NCBI GenBank assembly: GCA_000182565.2
Contig: KQ257464.1
Origin: Spizellomyces punctatus DAOM BR117
Taxonomy: Eukaryota
Reading direction: 5' to 3' (one strand)
DNA length: 64,000 nt
Position 1 is the stretch's first letter; each line of letters begins with the position of its first letter. The position numbers were made by a program, and so were the translations under genes. The notes under the pieces are model-generated. The model was given only the letters and a program-made list of their open reading frames with translations. It was not told where the DNA came from and made no database searches. Shown here one piece after another: positions 59,573 to 64,000 of this stretch.

Positions 59573-60213
59573 TGCGAGCAACCTAATCGGAAACAGATGA
59601 AAGAGGGAGGATAGCAACAGTGACAGGAACCTGCCAAGGCGCTGATGTTGCGGGAGGGAGGCATGCAGACGGGAGCTCCGGATCTGCAGCACCTGCTCGA
59701 TGCAAACCAGGAAAGCGCCAATAGTCATGCCTTTCGATAGCCAGTTGCTATGGCAACATTCGTATGTACACTAGCTCCCCCGATCAAACAGGCAGCCCTG
59801 AACAGTTATCGCAAGTCGATCAAAAACATTCTTGGACGTCATGTTCTTGTTTTACAGCACCTTTGAATGTGATCAATATCTTTGGCCTTTTGCAACATCG
59901 CAGTTCTTTAAAGCGCAGTGACTCTTTGGCGGTTGCTTCAGATCTTGCAGCATTTTGTTAATTCAACCCAAGCAGATCATGTCACCTTGACAAGGGCACA
60001 GCGCTGTTGATAGTTTCTCACCCGAATTGTTCAACTTTTTTGTTATCCCGTCTTCATCGATCCCAGGAATATCGTTGATTAGCGTCGTCAAGTTCGGTTA
60101 TTGTCTCCCACTTCGATTTGTTTGCTTACGTGAACCGCGTTTGGAACACTTGGTGCATCTTTGCAAACTCTTTAAAGATGCCGTGAACCTTTGCACCAAG
60201 CGCTGCTAATCCA

Positions 60214-63200
60214 ATGTTCACCAAATCAAGGAGATGGACAGTTTCGCAAAAGAACAAGAAGGGCGATAGGTATTTGTAGGCATTGGTCTTGATCCGCTAA
60301 CCGCTTTCTTACCACCTACCACTACTGGCGAAACTCCAGCAAGAGTGTCGAACAGACCGCAACACATTTGCCGTCATCACAGTCATCTTCAGCGCCAATA
60401 GATATTGCATCAACATCAAATTCACCGGGGGACGCAGCTCAAAATGTCAGCACAGAAATATTGAAGCGGCATCCAGTAGGAGAGACATCCCCTGGCGCCC
60501 TTCCGGCAGATGACGAGACAGGACAAAGGTCCTTACTGGATCTGTGCCAGGTAAGCTCTTGGAAGAACTTCAGTTTTCTGAGATTTTTGAGGTGTTGATT
60601 CAGAACCAATCACATACAATCAAAAGGAAGGCAGCGAAAAGGCTGTTCATCAATACTGCATTGCCAATGCCCGCCAGATCCTTCAATTCGTCAATGTTTC
60701 CATGGATAGCTTGGGGAACAGTGTTCTTCACCTCTCTGTATCTATGAACGACTTTACCTTGACCTCCCTACTATTGCTCAAAGGGGCCGATCCCAACATC
60801 GCGAACCGAGCAGGCATCACGCCGACCATTATCGCAAAGCGAATGGGATTCCATGCTCTGCTCAAAATCTTAAAAAAGCACGGAGGTGTGATTCCGTCAG
60901 AGGAGGAGCGGGTGACTACGCAAGTTGGCACGTTAAAACGCAAAAGCAGCAAAATGGAGAATAGCGATGCTCCGGAAATACCTACCGCCGATTCGGATCG
61001 GACCGGCCCCCCGCGTTCAACTAACGCAGATAGTCCGAGGAAAGGAGTAAGTGAGACCTCCTCTTTGACTCTAGAGCATGAGGGTGGCTCTGGGCAATGC
61101 AACTTTCCCACCTACGACCTTCCCGTCTACGATGCGAGCTATTTGGGCCTTGCTGAAGATATCATCTCCATTGCCCCCCTCCATGTTCTTACCGCAGCTG
61201 ATGCCAACGGATGTACCCCACTCATGAAAGCATCATACAAAGGGCAGCATTCGATAGTCGCAGCTATCGTCGCGCGGAACATCGATTTGAACGCCACGGA
61301 CAATCAGGGACATACCGCTCTGGTATGGGCTTCATTGGGTGGGAGGCTTGACGTTGTCCGTCTCTTGGCAGAGCAGCGTGCAGTCAATATTGATGGGGCG
61401 GTGAATCATAGGCCGGACCGGCACGCAGCGACACCACTGGTGGCTGCGGCGTTCGCCGGACACACCGCAATAGTGGAGCACCTACTGGATAAGGGCGCGG
61501 ATATTAACCTTAAAGTGGGAGTGGGTAAGCGTCGAACAGCAGTGATGATAGCCGCCTGGATGCGACGCGAGGAGATAGTTCGATTACTAGTAGCTCGTGG
61601 AGCGCAAATCGAGCGGGCCACAGACCAATGGCTAAAAAACGGCTTCATTTACCTAAAGCGCTCTGCATTAGACTACAATGCGTGGACCGGCAGCCCTGGC
61701 TCTTTTCATCGACTAATATTGTCCGCTGGGGGTAGTGTAAATGCCGCACCTCAATCGCGACGGATGAGTCTGAAAGAGAAAGTCTCTTACTTTTCCTCGG
61801 AGGAAAACCAGGCGATGAAGATGCTGGAATTCATCATGACGGGGTCAGGGGGCAAAGACTCTCATGTGTCAAAAAGCGACCCGAACTTGGCTACCTTACA
61901 CGAAAGTGTAGGTGATAGACAAGAGATTGCTGCTCCGAAACCACGAGTTCAGAGAGGGCGGGCGCGCAACCGATTCAGACAGGGTATGAATCTGGATGTA
62001 GGTTTTGCAATTGCTTATCGATCGTTCCGATTTACCTCGTATATTTGGTCACCATCTCACACTGTTCTCTACCAATGTATAGAAGCTTATTGGGCACAAT
62101 CCGGAAGTCATTATGGAGCTTACCGAACGCCTTCCGGAACGGGGAACCGAACTTGATGCCATATGGGTCCAAGTATTTCAAGTCGTAATCCAACTCCTGA
62201 TGGCCGCCAACCAAAACAAAAAGGCCGGGTACATCCTCATCTCCGCCAAAGCTATTCACTACGCTGGTGAAATTGGTCGCGCTGTGGAAGCCATTGACAA
62301 GGTGCCCGCACCTGTGCTAAAGCCTTCCTCAACGATGGGACCAGCACCATCGCTTCCAGCACAGACAACAGAACATTCCCTATTTGCACAGAGCAAAATA
62401 CGAATAAAAATTCGTGAGCTGGCAAGGACGGTGAACAATGATCTACCGAAGCAGCTGATGTTGACAACTAGGATTGCAATCGGAGTTTGGCCACCTCAAC
62501 ATGCAATGTCCGATATGATTAAAGCCGCTACCGATTTGGCGAGGACGTGCAGGGAATTAACGGATGTAGCGAATATGACCGGTGTTTTCCCAGTGCTGGA
62601 CAAGACGCTAGAAGTCAACGTGAGTCGGTCAGCTCGCTTGCGGTTACCTTACATGGCTAACAGCTGTATTGCTCCAGTTCGATCCTTACGAAGACGAGAC
62701 GTTGACTGCCAACGCGGTATCAGAGCCCAATAAAGCCGTTCCAGCATCCGGTTTAACCTATGAGGAATACAAGCGCCGAAACGATCTCAAAGTTCTTGAA
62801 GAAATTTCTAAACAAAGCACTGGCCGTTCGCGTCCTTCCTCATCGGTCGAAAATATGTCGTTAGTGGAAGACCGCGACGCCCAATTCTTTTCAAAATTGG
62901 ACGATCTTCTTCGTCAGTTCGTCGGATCTGTCAAAGAGATACAAAGCGCTTGCAGCAATCACTTGAAAGACTTGTATGTCAGTTTGACAAGTACAGCGGC
63001 TCACACTGCTGAGCTTTTGATTGATGAGATTAAAGGCTATGAGCTGCTTTCCGACTTTCCGGAGGATCTTCCTTTCGATCAAGAGGATGCCAAAGTTCTC
63101 GCTGCCAAAGGCGTCAACGTAGGTGATAACTTTCCAGTTGCAATTGCCGATGTATGGTACGCTGTTCTGGATGAAGTTCGACAAACCGCACGGACTATAA

Positions 63201-64000
63201 CTATGCGCGGAAAGCTCGCGTCGGGTGTCATGCCACCTCCCAACGCGGGTTTAGAGATGCTCAATTCTACAATACCATGTGTAATAGCGGTCAAAAAGCT
63301 GGTAACCATTTCCAAAGAGTGTACAGCCAAAATCCGGCGGACAACCTATGAAGACCGAAAAAAGAAGGATCAACTGAGGAAGGATGTCCTTCAGAACGAG
63401 CATGTGAAGAACTTGTTCAAATTATGGGAGAGTCAAGTCTTGTTGCCACAAACGGAAGCTGCCCCCGCAGCTGAGGCAGAACTGCCCAGTACGGAGGATT
63501 TAGAATTCCTTCAGGATGACTTGGAAGGATTGCAATTGGACATGTCGAATAATCCACCCATTGTCAAGGGTGGAAAGTTGACAAAGTTGGTAGAATGGAT
63601 GACATCCCATACTCAATATGGTACGACTTCATCATATTGCTCTCTGAAAAAGGTCCTTGGTCCTTGGATAACCTTATTATTGTGTATGGTAGACAAGGAA
63701 TTTATTTCCGCCTTCATTTTAACACACCACTCCTTCACCACGTCTCTCGAACTTCTCGAATTCCTCAGCAAACGGTATACCATCAATCTCCCACCAGCAC
63801 TGAGTCGTCAGCAATATGATCTCTTTCTTCGATGCAAAGTTCTGCCTGTGAAGCAGAGAGTGTGTGGCGTCATCAAGTACTGGATGGAAACGCACTTTGA
63901 AGAAGACTTTTCGCAGTGTGATCTGGTCGTTTTCAAGTTGCGTGATTTTGTTGAGAGTGTGGTTACCTTAGATTCAGAGGCATTGGCCAAAGATCTCATG
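60214..64000 (+). CDS. Ankyrin-repeat RasGEF (REM domain at the window edge; continues beyond the window)
   Basis: Ankyrin repeats (GNSVLHLS, GCTPLMKAS, GHTALVWAS, TPLVAAA), helical bundles, then KGGKLTKLVEWMTSH...FILTHHSFTTS...RVCGVIKYWMETHF. The start codon is inferred. Confidence 0.8.

Overview
Eukaryotic (fungal, intron-rich) DNA. The host is most likely a chytrid such as Spizellomyces, inferred from a Fanzor1 copy that closely resembles SpuFz as I recall it. Bases 1-41,850 form a nested mobile-element island whose layers can be rebuilt from target-site duplications and restored reading frames. From innermost outwards: (1) a complete ~15.2-kb endogenous Polinton-like virus (18028-33212) with 295-bp TIRs, a 6-bp TSD, integrase, major and minor capsid proteins, packaging ATPase and a ~2,150-aa fibre, but no visible polymerase, helicase or protease; (2) a near-intact chromodomain Ty3/Gypsy element (10016-34097, 600-bp LTRs, TCCT TSD); (3) a second, divergent Polinton-like virus (<1-37351) whose fibre gene the Gypsy splits and which ends in tandem repeats plus a perfect 48-bp palindrome; (4) an older antisense copy of the same Gypsy family (37352-40585); (5) a decayed Fanzor1 gene with an omegaRNA remnant (40586-41850). 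Most lesions I could check are CpG transitions. Bases 42 kb-64 kb are ordinary gene-dense host DNA: KCH-type K+ channel, DUF2855, BTG/Tob, ferric reductase, MO25, TRS120, CNOT11 and an ankyrin-RasGEF. All family calls come from motif recognition by eye; no searches were run.
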